Assembly: GCA_037445915.1 (NCBI GenBank)
Contig: JBBIJQ010000049.1
Span: 1 to 15,030, forward strand
Direction: 5' to 3'
Source: Planctomycetales bacterium
GTDB taxonomy: Bacteria > 4484-113
DNA: 15,030 bases
This document shows, piece by piece, positions 1-8,866 of this stretch. Below the pieces are notes generated by a model. It was not told where the DNA came from, did no database searches, and saw only the letters and a list, made by a program, of their open reading frames with translations. The translations under genes were made by a program, and so were the position numbers. Each line of letters begins with the position of its first letter. Within the stretch, counting starts at the first letter, position 1.

Positions 1-173
1 CGCGGCGTCCCAGTGCGCGCCTGGCCTGAGATCAGCCCGACGACGAGGGGAATGACTGCAAGGTGGCACGGGCTTAGCGCGACGCTCATGACTCCCCACA
101 CGAACGCAGCCAGCAGCGCAAGCCACTGTGCGCAGCCACCTGATGCCAGCAGTTGTGTTATTTGTTCGCCCAT
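1..173 (-). CDS. ccdA: Cytochrome c biogenesis / thiol-disulfide membrane electron transporter CcdA (N-terminal part, runs off the window)
   Basis: Not in the ORF track. Manual translation from ATG at 173 gives MGEQITQLLASGGCAQWLALLAAFVWGVMSVALSPCHLAVIPLVVGLISGQARTGTP. The hydrophobic helix plus SPC-x4-P motif is typical of the CcdA/DsbD-beta first helix. Lies downstream of a thioredoxin gene. Confidence 0.88.
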   Translation of the reverse strand, partial: MGEQITQLLASGGCAQWLALLAAFVWGVMSVALSPCHLAVIPLVVGLISGQARTGTP

Positions 174-197
174 TCCCGCGGGTTAATGCGCGTGATG

Positions 198-203
198 ATT
201 ATA
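198..203 (-). promoter_or_regulatory. Putative -10 box for ccdA
   Basis: Perfect TATAAT on the minus strand about 24 nt upstream of the ccdA ATG. Directly preceded by the palindrome CCTGCG-CCC-CGCAGG (204-218). No convincing -35. Confidence 0.5.
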
Positions 204-239
204 CCTGCGGGGCGCAGGATTACTTCGAACTTACTGCTT

Positions 240-338
240 GTAGGCGGAGCTTCAGCTCCGCTATGGTATCTGGAACAAACCCCGAGCTCCTCCCAGAACT
301 GGACTAAGGCTTGCCAGCCTTCGGCTGGTCCCGCCTGC
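240..338. repeat. Inverted pair of GTAG-type REP-like palindromes (REPIN/BIME-like)
   Basis: Plus strand GTAG-GCGGAGC-TTCA-GCTCCGC (240-261). Minus strand GCAG-GCGGGA-CCAGCCGAAGGCTGG-CAAGCCTTAGTCC (338-301). Both resemble units in the 8463-8743 cluster. Confidence 0.7.
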
Positions 339-375
339 AAGTATTATGAAAGCAGTATTTAGTTTGCACTAAAGC

Positions 376-807
376 CTAAGTGAACTTATAGCCAAGTTCG
401 GCCCATTTCGCTACGATGTCCTGCGCTGAAAGCCCGCCTTCCATGCGAAACAGCTGCGTGCCGTCGGGGCTCAGGAATATCAGCGTGGGTATCCCGCGAA
501 TACCCAGGTCTTTCGCGCGCTGGGGCTCCTTGTCTGTGTCAATGCGCTCAACAACAAACTTTCCCGCGTAGTTCCTTTCCAGTTCGTCCAGAACCGGTGC
601 CATCTGACGGCAGCCCGTTCACCAGTCTGCACCGAGATACTGAAGCTTCGGCGTGCTTGCAGATGCTGCCTGCGCCGGCGGAGGGGCATTGCTGGTCGTC
701 GTGCCAGCGCTAGTGTCCTGTGTAGGCTTGTTGCACGATGTGGCGATTAGTGCGAGAGACATGAGCACTGCTGCTCCTAATAGCACGGCAATAAAACGAA
801 TCCCCAT
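376..807 (-). CDS. Selenocysteine-containing thioredoxin-family lipoprotein (UxxC; 143 aa with TGA 619-621 read as Sec)
   Basis: ORFs 619..807 and 376..603 are in the same frame and join as ...LQYLGADW-TGA-TGCRQMAPVLDEL..., giving W-U-T-G-C at the WCxxC position. The cis-Pro motif GIPT follows. N-terminal signal peptide with lipobox-like ATSC, and SD GAGGTG before ATG 807. Confidence 0.85.
579..618 (-). promoter_or_regulatory. Candidate bacterial SECIS element
   Basis: Immediately 3' of the UGA: hairpin UGCCGU-CAG-AUGGCA, then CCGGUUC-UGGAC-GAACUGG (7 bp stem, G at loop position 2, loop starting 28 nt after the UGA). Folded by eye only. Confidence 0.55.
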
Positions 808-857
808 AATTGCACCTCAAAACAATTCGCGCAGGCATGCAATGCCTTCCGGCGCTA

Positions 858-863
858 ATTATA
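858..863 (-). promoter_or_regulatory. Putative internal -10 box for the Sec-thioredoxin gene
   Basis: Perfect TATAAT on the minus strand about 50 nt upstream of ATG 807, overlapping the TAA of ORF 859..1053. No clear -35. Confidence 0.5.
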
Positions 864-1053
864 CATCTTGCCTATGACCCGCGCACGCGAGTATAGCCTG
901 CGGCGAACGTCCGCCGGGGGTGGGCTTTGCAGAGTTGGCAGCGGCGGAAGGCTTGTTAGCGGCCGTGCCGGTGGATGAAGGGTTTGCGCCCTGCGGCTGG
1001 TTACACCCCACTAATACCGCAGCAAGCAAGGCAAAGGAAGCATTTGCGAGCAA
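859..1053 (-). pseudogene. Truncated lipoprotein remnant (signal peptide and low-complexity linker, no folded domain)
   Basis: Hydrophobic stretch and lipobox LVGC, then an A/S/P/N/T-rich linker and a stop. The start is uncertain: the SD-adjacent TTG downstream of the previous gene is in a different frame. Confidence 0.5.
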
Positions 1054-1079
1054 TTGCGCCTTATCAATTTTATCTCCCG

Positions 1080-1315
1080 CTAGCCTAAGGCCAACAGCTT
1101 CTTGATGTCCTCAACGGTTAGCAGCCTACCGGCTGATTTCACGACTCCGTCAATAGCCAGCGCGGGGGTCATCATCACGCCGAATTCCATTATCTCCTTA
1201 ATGTCGGAGACTTTAACTATTTCATGCTCAATTCCCAAGCAAGCGCTGCCGTCTCTGCGTGTTCAAAGAGCTTCTTGCACTTGGGGCATCCAGTTCCGAG
1301 TATCTGAATTTTCAA
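1080..1315 (-). pseudogene. Small redox-active disulfide protein (MTH895-like thioredoxin family), frameshifted
   Basis: SD AGGAGG, TTG start at 1315: MKIQILGTGCPKCKKLFEHAETAAL. It continues in another frame as LGIEHEIVKVSDIKEIMEFGVMMTPALAIDGVVKSAGRLLTVEDIKKLLALG*. Total length 236 nt, one base short of 79 codons, with the shift near 1236-1243. Confidence 0.88.
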
Positions 1316-1327
1316 GCCCGTTGCCTC

Positions 1328-2646
1328 CTATCCGAATAATGCGCCAAACAACATGCCGCTGGCAGTGGAGAGCAAAACAACGATGACGGCGAATGTTGCC
1401 GTTTTTTTTAGTCCCATAACGCTGTTAAGCACTAACATGCTGGGCAGCGATAGCGCCGGCCCCGCCAAAAGCAGCGATAACGCAGGTCCCTTACCCATCC
1501 CGCTGCCTAACAGGCCTTGCACAATCGGGACTTCAGTGAGCGTCGCGAAATACATAAACGCTCCGGCTATTGAAGCGAAGAAGTTAGCCCTCAATGAGTT
1601 GCCGCCGACAGCCGCGCTGACCCATTCGCTGGGGATAAGCGCTTCACGGCCTGGCATCCCCAGGAGCAGGCCGGAGAAGAGCACTCCTAGCAGCAGCAGC
1701 GGCATTATCTGCTTGGTGTAGCCCCAGCTCGCGCCGAACCAATCCCCCGCTTTGCCGCCGCTTGTGCTCGTGATGATGGATACGCCGATGAGCGCGGCCA
1801 AGAATGGGATTGCGGGAAGCGCGGGGAATACTGCAGCCAGAGCGGCTACTGGGACTGCAACCAAGGCTACCTTCTTCCAAGCAATTCCTAGCCATGCAAC
1901 AAGCATATATCCCAAAGCCAATCCTGCGAAGGCCGTCAATATCCATTTAGCGTTATATACGGCTATGAACGCTGCGCCGCTTGTCTCGTTAGGCTTTGCC
2001 CACGTCGCGAAGACAAGCACGCCTACAAGGGCCGCGAAAAACAGCGCGTTCTTCCATAGCGGCCATGTCGGTTCTGGCACAGGAAGATGAGCTTGCGCGT
2101 TGGCTTTGGCGGTTTCCCCGTGGCGAAAGATGAAGTGCATCAGCAGCCCGATGACTATGCTGAAGAAAACCGCCATGACAGCCCGGGCAATGCCGATTTC
2201 CACGCCGAGAATGCGCGCGGTGAGGATGATCGCGAGCACGTTTATCGCAGGGCCTGAGTATAGGAACGCCGTCGCCGGCCCAATCCCCGCGCCCAGCTTG
2301 TAGATTCCGGCAAACAGCGGCAGCACGGTGCAGGAGCAGACCGCGAGTATCGCTCCTGATACTGACGCTACTCCATATGCCAGCACCTTGTTTGCCTTCG
2401 CACCAAGGTACTTCATCGCTGAACCTTGGCTAATGAAGGCTGCTATTGCCCCCGCGATGAAGAACGCAGGCAGCAGGCAGAGGATGACGTGCTCGCGCGC
2501 ATACCAGCGCACCATTGTCAGCGCTTCGGTAACGGCATTATCAAAGCGCGGTATCCCAACTGGAAGAAAGTAGCTTATGGCGAAGCCGGCTGCGATGTTG
2601 CGATGTATATGAGCGGCCGCCACTCGCGCATCCAATCTGTTTTCAT
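1328..2646 (-). pseudogene. arsP: ArsP/DUF318-family permease, frameshifted near the N-terminus by an 8-bp tandem duplication
   Basis: Polytopic membrane protein with VCSCTVLP, FLYSGPAIN, FATLTEVP and LLLAGPALSLP motifs. ATG 2646 overlaps the arsR stop (ATGA) and reads MKTDWMREWRPLIYIA. The ACATCGCA duplication (2591-2606) shifts this frame to a stop at 2575-2577. Removing one copy restores a continuous frame. Confidence 0.8.
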
Positions 2647-3038
2647 TTATGAATCTTGGTTACATATGAGCGTGTATCTGCGCAACCACAGCGAAATCGG
2701 GAATGTGAGCTTAGCAGCCGTGCATCTTGCTTGATGAAGTCGTCAACGCAGTCTATGAACCCCGCGACGCAGGTCATGCGCAGGCTGTAATAAACCTGCT
2801 GCCCACGCTTTTCGTCGACGACTATGCCCGCAGCTTTCAGCACGGACAGGTGCTTGGATATTGTGGACATGTCAGCGCCGACCATGTCCGTAAGCTCGCA
2901 GACGCAGCGCGGGCCGCGCGAAAGTTCGTGGACGAAGAACAGGCGGGTGGGGTGCGCCAGCGCCTTGAAGACCTTCGCGCGCGCCTCCAAGCCGCTAAGC
3001 GAGCCCTCGTAACTGCGCAGTGTAGTTGTGCGTACCAT
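2643..3038 (-). CDS. arsR: ArsR/SmtB-family metalloregulatory repressor
   Basis: FKALAHPTRL...RCVCELT...STISKHLSVLK.AGIV...KRGQQVYYSL winged HTH with a CVC site. Start moved to ATG 3038 because the track's TTG at 3068 lies inside the promoter spacer. Confidence 0.92.
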   Translation of the reverse strand: MVRTTTLRSYEGSLSGLEARAKVFKALAHPTRLFFVHELSRGPRCVCELTDMVGADMSTISKHLSVLKAAGIVVDEKRGQQVYYSLRMTCVAGFIDCVDDFIKQDARLLSSHSRFRCGCADTRSYVTKIHK

Positions 3039-3039
3039 A

Positions 3040-3078
3040 GATACTTGGTAATATAGCCAAATAGCCAAGCATTGTCAA
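3040..3078 (-). promoter_or_regulatory. Sigma70-type promoter with overlapping putative ArsR operator
   Basis: TTGACA (3078-3073), 17 nt spacer, TATATT (3055-3050). The imperfect inverted repeat TATTTGG-CTATATTA-CCAAGTA straddles the -10, and TTGGCTAT occurs twice in tandem. Confidence 0.8.
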
Positions 3079-3099
3079 TGGGTTGCGGCACGCGTAATG

Positions 3100-5133
<2,034 letters not shown>

Positions 5134-5218
5134 TTACTTCAGTTCATTGCTCAACAGCCATTTCTCTCAATTCAACTCTCCCAACTTACCCTCTTGGCGC
5201 CATTTCCGCCGTTTCCCC

Positions 5219-5246
5219 TTGCGCTCTGCATCCTATCTGCTACAAT
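5219..5246 (+). promoter_or_regulatory. Putative extended -10 promoter for glmS (leaderless)
   Basis: TTGCGC, 16 nt, TACAAT with a TGn extension (TGC-TACAAT). The ATG follows 8 nt later with no SD. Confidence 0.6.
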
Positions 5247-5254
5247 CCCCGCCC

Positions 5255-7078
5255 ATGTGTGGAATATTTGGAATCGTGCTTAAAGAAAAGAGCGACAAGC
5301 TCGGCGATATGATGGTGCGCGCGGCGCACCGCCTTTCATACCGCGGATACGACTCGGTGGGCATGGCTGTCGTCACCGGCGACGGGCCGATAGACCTGCG
5401 CAAGGACACTGGCAATATCCAGAAGACTAACGCGCAGTTCCACTTTGACCAGATGTCCGGTACGCGCGGCATCCTCCAGCTTCGCTGGGCGACCTTCGGC
5501 GTCCCCAACACCATCAACGCCCAGCCGCACTTTGCGCCGGGCGAAGAGATGATTGGCGCGCACAACGGGAACATCACCAACAACCCGTTCCTGCGCGACG
5601 ACCTCTCCGCCGAGGGCTACACCTTCAAGAGTGAAAACGACGGCGAGACGCTGGTGCTGCTTTCGCACAAGTACTTGTCGCAGGGCTTGTCGCCCGAAGA
5701 GGCTTACACGAAGATCATCGGCGACACTGAAGGCGACTTCGCGCTTGTGTTTATGCGCAAGGACAAGCATGAAATCTACGCGACCAAGATGGGATCCAGC
5801 CTTTACCTCGGCCTCGCGGAAGACTTCATCTGCATCAGCTCCGACCTGCCGAGCATTTTGGAATTCACGAAGAAATACATCCGCCTGGAAAACGGCGACC
5901 TCGTGATATTCAACGACCATGAATACCGCATCTTCCGCCTGCCGGAGCAAAAGTATATTGACCGCCCGATAACCATCTCCAACATTGACGTTGAAAACGC
6001 CAACAAGGAGCCCTTCGCGCACTTTTTTATGAAGGAGATCCACGAGCAGGTTGAGGCGACGCACAACATGCTTGACTTCTATGACAAGAGCGGCCGCTGG
6101 GAGCCGTTCGTTGAAGCGCTGGACAAGTCCGAGCGCGTGATAATGGCCGGCGCGGGCACGAGCCACCACGCCTTGCTGCTCGGCACGTATTTCTTCAACA
6201 AGATCGCCAAGTTCTCCATCTACCCGTCAATGGCGTCGCAGATGCTGCCTATGTTTGAAAACAGCATCCGCGAGGGCGACCTGCTTGTCTTGGTGTCGCA
6301 GTCAGGCGAGACCAAGGACCTGATGAACGTTTACAACTGGAGTCGCGAGCACCGCACCGCGAGGACATTCTCGGTCGTGAACAACATCGGCTCAACGCTG
6401 GCGCTGCACTGCGACGGCATGATACCGATTGTGAGCTACCTGGAAATCTCCGTTCCCGCGACAAAGACTTACACTAACCAGGTGCTTTGCTTCCTCTATT
6501 CCGCGATGAAGCTCGCGGAGCGCCGTGGCATCAAGTATAAGGGGATTACCTGGGACGATGTGTTCCGCATCCCCGAACTCATCAAGGAAACGATTGCGAT
6601 GTGCGAAGAGCCCTGCAAGAAGCTGGCGCCAGTCTTGCTGCCCCGCCCGTCCATGCACATCCTCGGCCACGATATGACGCACCCGGTGGCTATGGAAGGC
6701 GCGCTGAAGATGAAGGAAGTCGTTTACAACCACCCCGAGGGCATGTATTCCTCCGAGTTCAAGCACGGCCCGCTGGCGGTCGTGGACAAGGGCTACCCGG
6801 TGCTGTTCGTGTCGCTGCCGGAAAACGAAAACCTCGTCCTGTCGCATATGAACGAGGTTATCTGCCGCCTCGGCCTGGTGGTGCATGTGGGCCAGCCCAG
6901 CCGTGGCTACGACAAGATCTTGCACCACAAGCTGCCCATCCCCGCAGTGGGCAACCCATACCTGAACAGCATCCTCTCGGTCATCCCGCTACAGATGATC
7001 GCCTACGAAATGGCAATAGCGCTGGGGCACAACCCCGACCAGCCGCGCAACCTGAGCAAGACGCTCACGGTTGACTAA
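5255..7078 (+). CDS. glmS: Glutamine--fructose-6-phosphate transaminase (isomerizing), divergent type
   Basis: Starts at ATG 5255 with MCGIFG (Ntn catalytic Cys). Motifs YRGYDS, RWAT, HNGNI, SQSGET, ATKTY, EGALKMKE, KHGP and C-terminal PRNLSKTLTVD. 607 aa. Confidence 0.93.
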   Translation: MCGIFGIVLKEKSDKLGDMMVRAAHRLSYRGYDSVGMAVVTGDGPIDLRKDTGNIQKTNAQFHFDQMSGTRGILQLRWATFGVPNTINAQPHFAPGEEMIGAHNGNITNNPFLRDDLSAEGYTFKSENDGETLVLLSHKYLSQGLSPEEAYTKIIGDTEGDFALVFMRKDKHEIYATKMGSSLYLGLAEDFICISSDLPSILEFTKKYIRLENGDLVIFNDHEYRIFRLPEQKYIDRPITISNIDVENANKEPFAHFFMKEIHEQVEATHNMLDFYDKSGRWEPFVEALDKSERVIMAGAGTSHHALLLGTYFFNKIAKFSIYPSMASQMLPMFENSIREGDLLVLVSQSGETKDLMNVYNWSREHRTARTFSVVNNIGSTLALHCDGMIPIVSYLEISVPATKTYTNQVLCFLYSAMKLAERRGIKYKGITWDDVFRIPELIKETIAMCEEPCKKLAPVLLPRPSMHILGHDMTHPVAMEGALKMKEVVYNHPEGMYSSEFKHGPLAVVDKGYPVLFVSLPENENLVLSHMNEVICRLGLVVHVGQPSRGYDKILHHKLPIPAVGNPYLNSILSVIPLQMIAYEMAIALGHNPDQPRNLSKTLTVD

Positions 7079-7101
7079 GCGGCTTGTTTCTTGCAACACA
7101 T

Positions 7102-7134
7102 GCGGCGGGTGCTTCGGCATCCGCCGCTTTATTT
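7102..7134 (+). terminator. Intrinsic terminator after glmS
   Basis: GCGGCGGGTGC-TTCG-GCATCCGCCGC (11 bp stem, cUUCGg tetraloop) followed by TTTATTT. Confidence 0.88.
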
Positions 7135-7337
7135 AATCGGCGGCTGGCGCGCGAAACGCCCAAAAGCCGCATCAGCAATGGAAATGGCGTTGGCTCTGTT
7201 AAAAGGGGAGGGGCGCCATAGCGGCGCCCCATTAATCCAGAAAGGAAGTTAGGTAATAGTTTAGACTATGCCCAGGCGTTTTTGTTCCAGCTTCCGCTGA
7301 AATTCCCCCGAGAGTTTTACTTAGGCTTTTATCGTTC

Positions 7338-7346
7338 TGATATAAT
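7338..7346 (+). promoter_or_regulatory. Extended -10 promoter element for the downstream lipoprotein gene
   Basis: TGA-TATAAT (TGnTATAAT) 35 nt upstream of ATG 7382. Confidence 0.6.
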
Positions 7347-7381
7347 CAGGCTGAAAGAACACATTTTTGCTTGGGGCGGAG

Positions 7382-8443
7382 ATGAAACGCTTAGTAGAAC
7401 AACTTGCGGCTTTGCTGATACTCGCCGCCATAATCGCATCCTGCGGCGGGGCGAATAACGCCGTGAGGACACCTGCTACCTCTGCCGCGCAAAACGGCGC
7501 GCTGGAGAAGCTCCAGTCGCTGCCCATTCCTGAAGGCGCTGACCCGGCGGTGTTCCAAATGCTCAAAGGCGAGCTGACGCGCCAGCTTGCGCAAAACGGC
7601 TGGAAGTCCGCAAGCGCGCCGCCCGACCCGGCGAAGCCCGGCAATGACGTCGCTGACCTTGCGCTTGCGCCGGACGGCACAGACTGGGCGCTTGAGTGGA
7701 CGTTCAAGAGCCTCGGCGACTACGACCAGAACGGCGCAGTGGGCGTGAGCGATATAACGCCGCTTGCCGCGCATTTCGGGCACAACGCCGCCGACGCGCT
7801 AGACGCGCTCATAGACCTTGACCAGAACGGCGTGGGCGTGAGCGACGTCACCGCAATCGCCCAGAACTTTGGCGTAACCGTCGGGGGCTATGCTGTGATG
7901 CAGTCCGCCAACGGCGTTGACTGGACGGAGATTGACCGCGCGCCGTTTGCGTCGGAGCAGGTCACGGAGCCGCGCAGGCTGTCATTCACGCTGCCCGCCC
8001 CCAACGACCTGGACATGTTCCGCGTGCGCGTCTATGACAGCACCGAAGCCGCCTTCGGCAAAGCAAGCAACGCAGTGCGTTTTGCAGCATATGACTTGAC
8101 GGTGGAGCTGGTCGTGGCGTCAACACCGCCCGTGAGCGGCATAGGCACCGAGCCCGACCCCTTCGTCGTCCAGTTCAACACGACTACGCCGATTGAATAC
8201 GACATCCGCGTGTTTTATGCGAAAGGCGAAGCCGGGGAGGTTGAGTTAACCGACCAGGTTACGTTTGAAACATTCCCGCCCGCGTTCATAAGCTTTAGCG
8301 CAGCAACGCTGCCGGAGCCCGTGAAGATGACTGTGGACAACCCCATGGCGGGAAGTTTCAACATCACCGCTGTCTGGGGAGATATCGCACCGCTAGCATC
8401 CGACCCGCTCTATTTCCGCGTCCAGGGCGGCCTCCCGGGGTAA
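7382..8443 (+). CDS. Uncharacterised lipoprotein with paired dockerin/EF-hand-like repeats and beta-rich C-terminal region
   Basis: MKRLVEQLAALLILAAIIAS-CGG signal peptide II. Repeats DYDQNGAVGVSDIT...FG and DLDQNG-VGVSDVT...FG. Acidic, Pro/Thr/Val-rich C-terminal half. Confidence 0.8.
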   Translation: MKRLVEQLAALLILAAIIASCGGANNAVRTPATSAAQNGALEKLQSLPIPEGADPAVFQMLKGELTRQLAQNGWKSASAPPDPAKPGNDVADLALAPDGTDWALEWTFKSLGDYDQNGAVGVSDITPLAAHFGHNAADALDALIDLDQNGVGVSDVTAIAQNFGVTVGGYAVMQSANGVDWTEIDRAPFASEQVTEPRRLSFTLPAPNDLDMFRVRVYDSTEAAFGKASNAVRFAAYDLTVELVVASTPPVSGIGTEPDPFVVQFNTTTPIEYDIRVFYAKGEAGEVELTDQVTFETFPPAFISFSAATLPEPVKMTVDNPMAGSFNITAVWGDIAPLASDPLYFRVQGGLPG

Positions 8444-8462
8444 GGCAGCTCATCCGATTCTG

Positions 8463-8743
8463 GTAGGCGGAACTTTAGCCCCGAGTCCGTAGGCCAGGCT
8501 TTAGCCTGGCGATGGTGAACGGTTTTCGGGGTTCGGGGCTCGGTTTCAATTGAGTACGCCGGGCTAACCAGCCCGGCTGCGGGTTCTGGAATCAGGCTGT
8601 AGGGCAGGGGTTTATCCCCTGCCGTCTGTATGGTTTTCTTGTAGGCGGCACCAGCCGAAGGCTGGCTTGCTTTAGCGCCGCTCTGAGATATTCCGCGGAA
8701 CTTCAGTTCCGCTCCGGATGTAGGGCACGGACTTGTACCGCAC
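8463..8743. repeat. Cluster of about seven GTAG-type REP-like palindromes
   Basis: GTAGG followed by a hairpin at 8463, 8489 (GCCAGGC-TTTA-GCCTGGC), 8599 (GGCAGGGG-TTTAT-CCCCTGCC), 8641 and 8720. Also GCCGGGCT-AACC-AGCCCGGC (8558, reverse orientation, GCAG foot) and GCGGAAC-TTCA-GTTCCGC (8695-8712). Confidence 0.8.
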
Positions 8744-8866
8744 TTCTGATTGATACGTGTGATTTAGCATGGCTCTGTGGAGAGTAATCCTTTTTTCCCA
8801 CTTATTCCTTGACGCGCTTCTCCTTTCAACCTTCTACTTCCTACCGACTAACCGTATAATCTCCAC

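Noticed and set aside
619-621. Alternative genetic code (TGA = Trp or Gly) as the explanation of the in-frame TGA
   Set aside because: No in-frame TGA in ligA, glmS, tig or other long genes, Trp is encoded by TGG, and TGA acts as a normal stop for arsR and holB.
1230-1250. Programmed -1 frameshift in the small redox protein
   Set aside because: No slippery heptamer or obvious stimulatory structure, and neighbouring genes are also damaged.
8463-8743. CRISPR array
   Set aside because: Units differ in sequence, spacing is irregular and no cas genes are present. The GTAG foot plus hairpin fits REPs.
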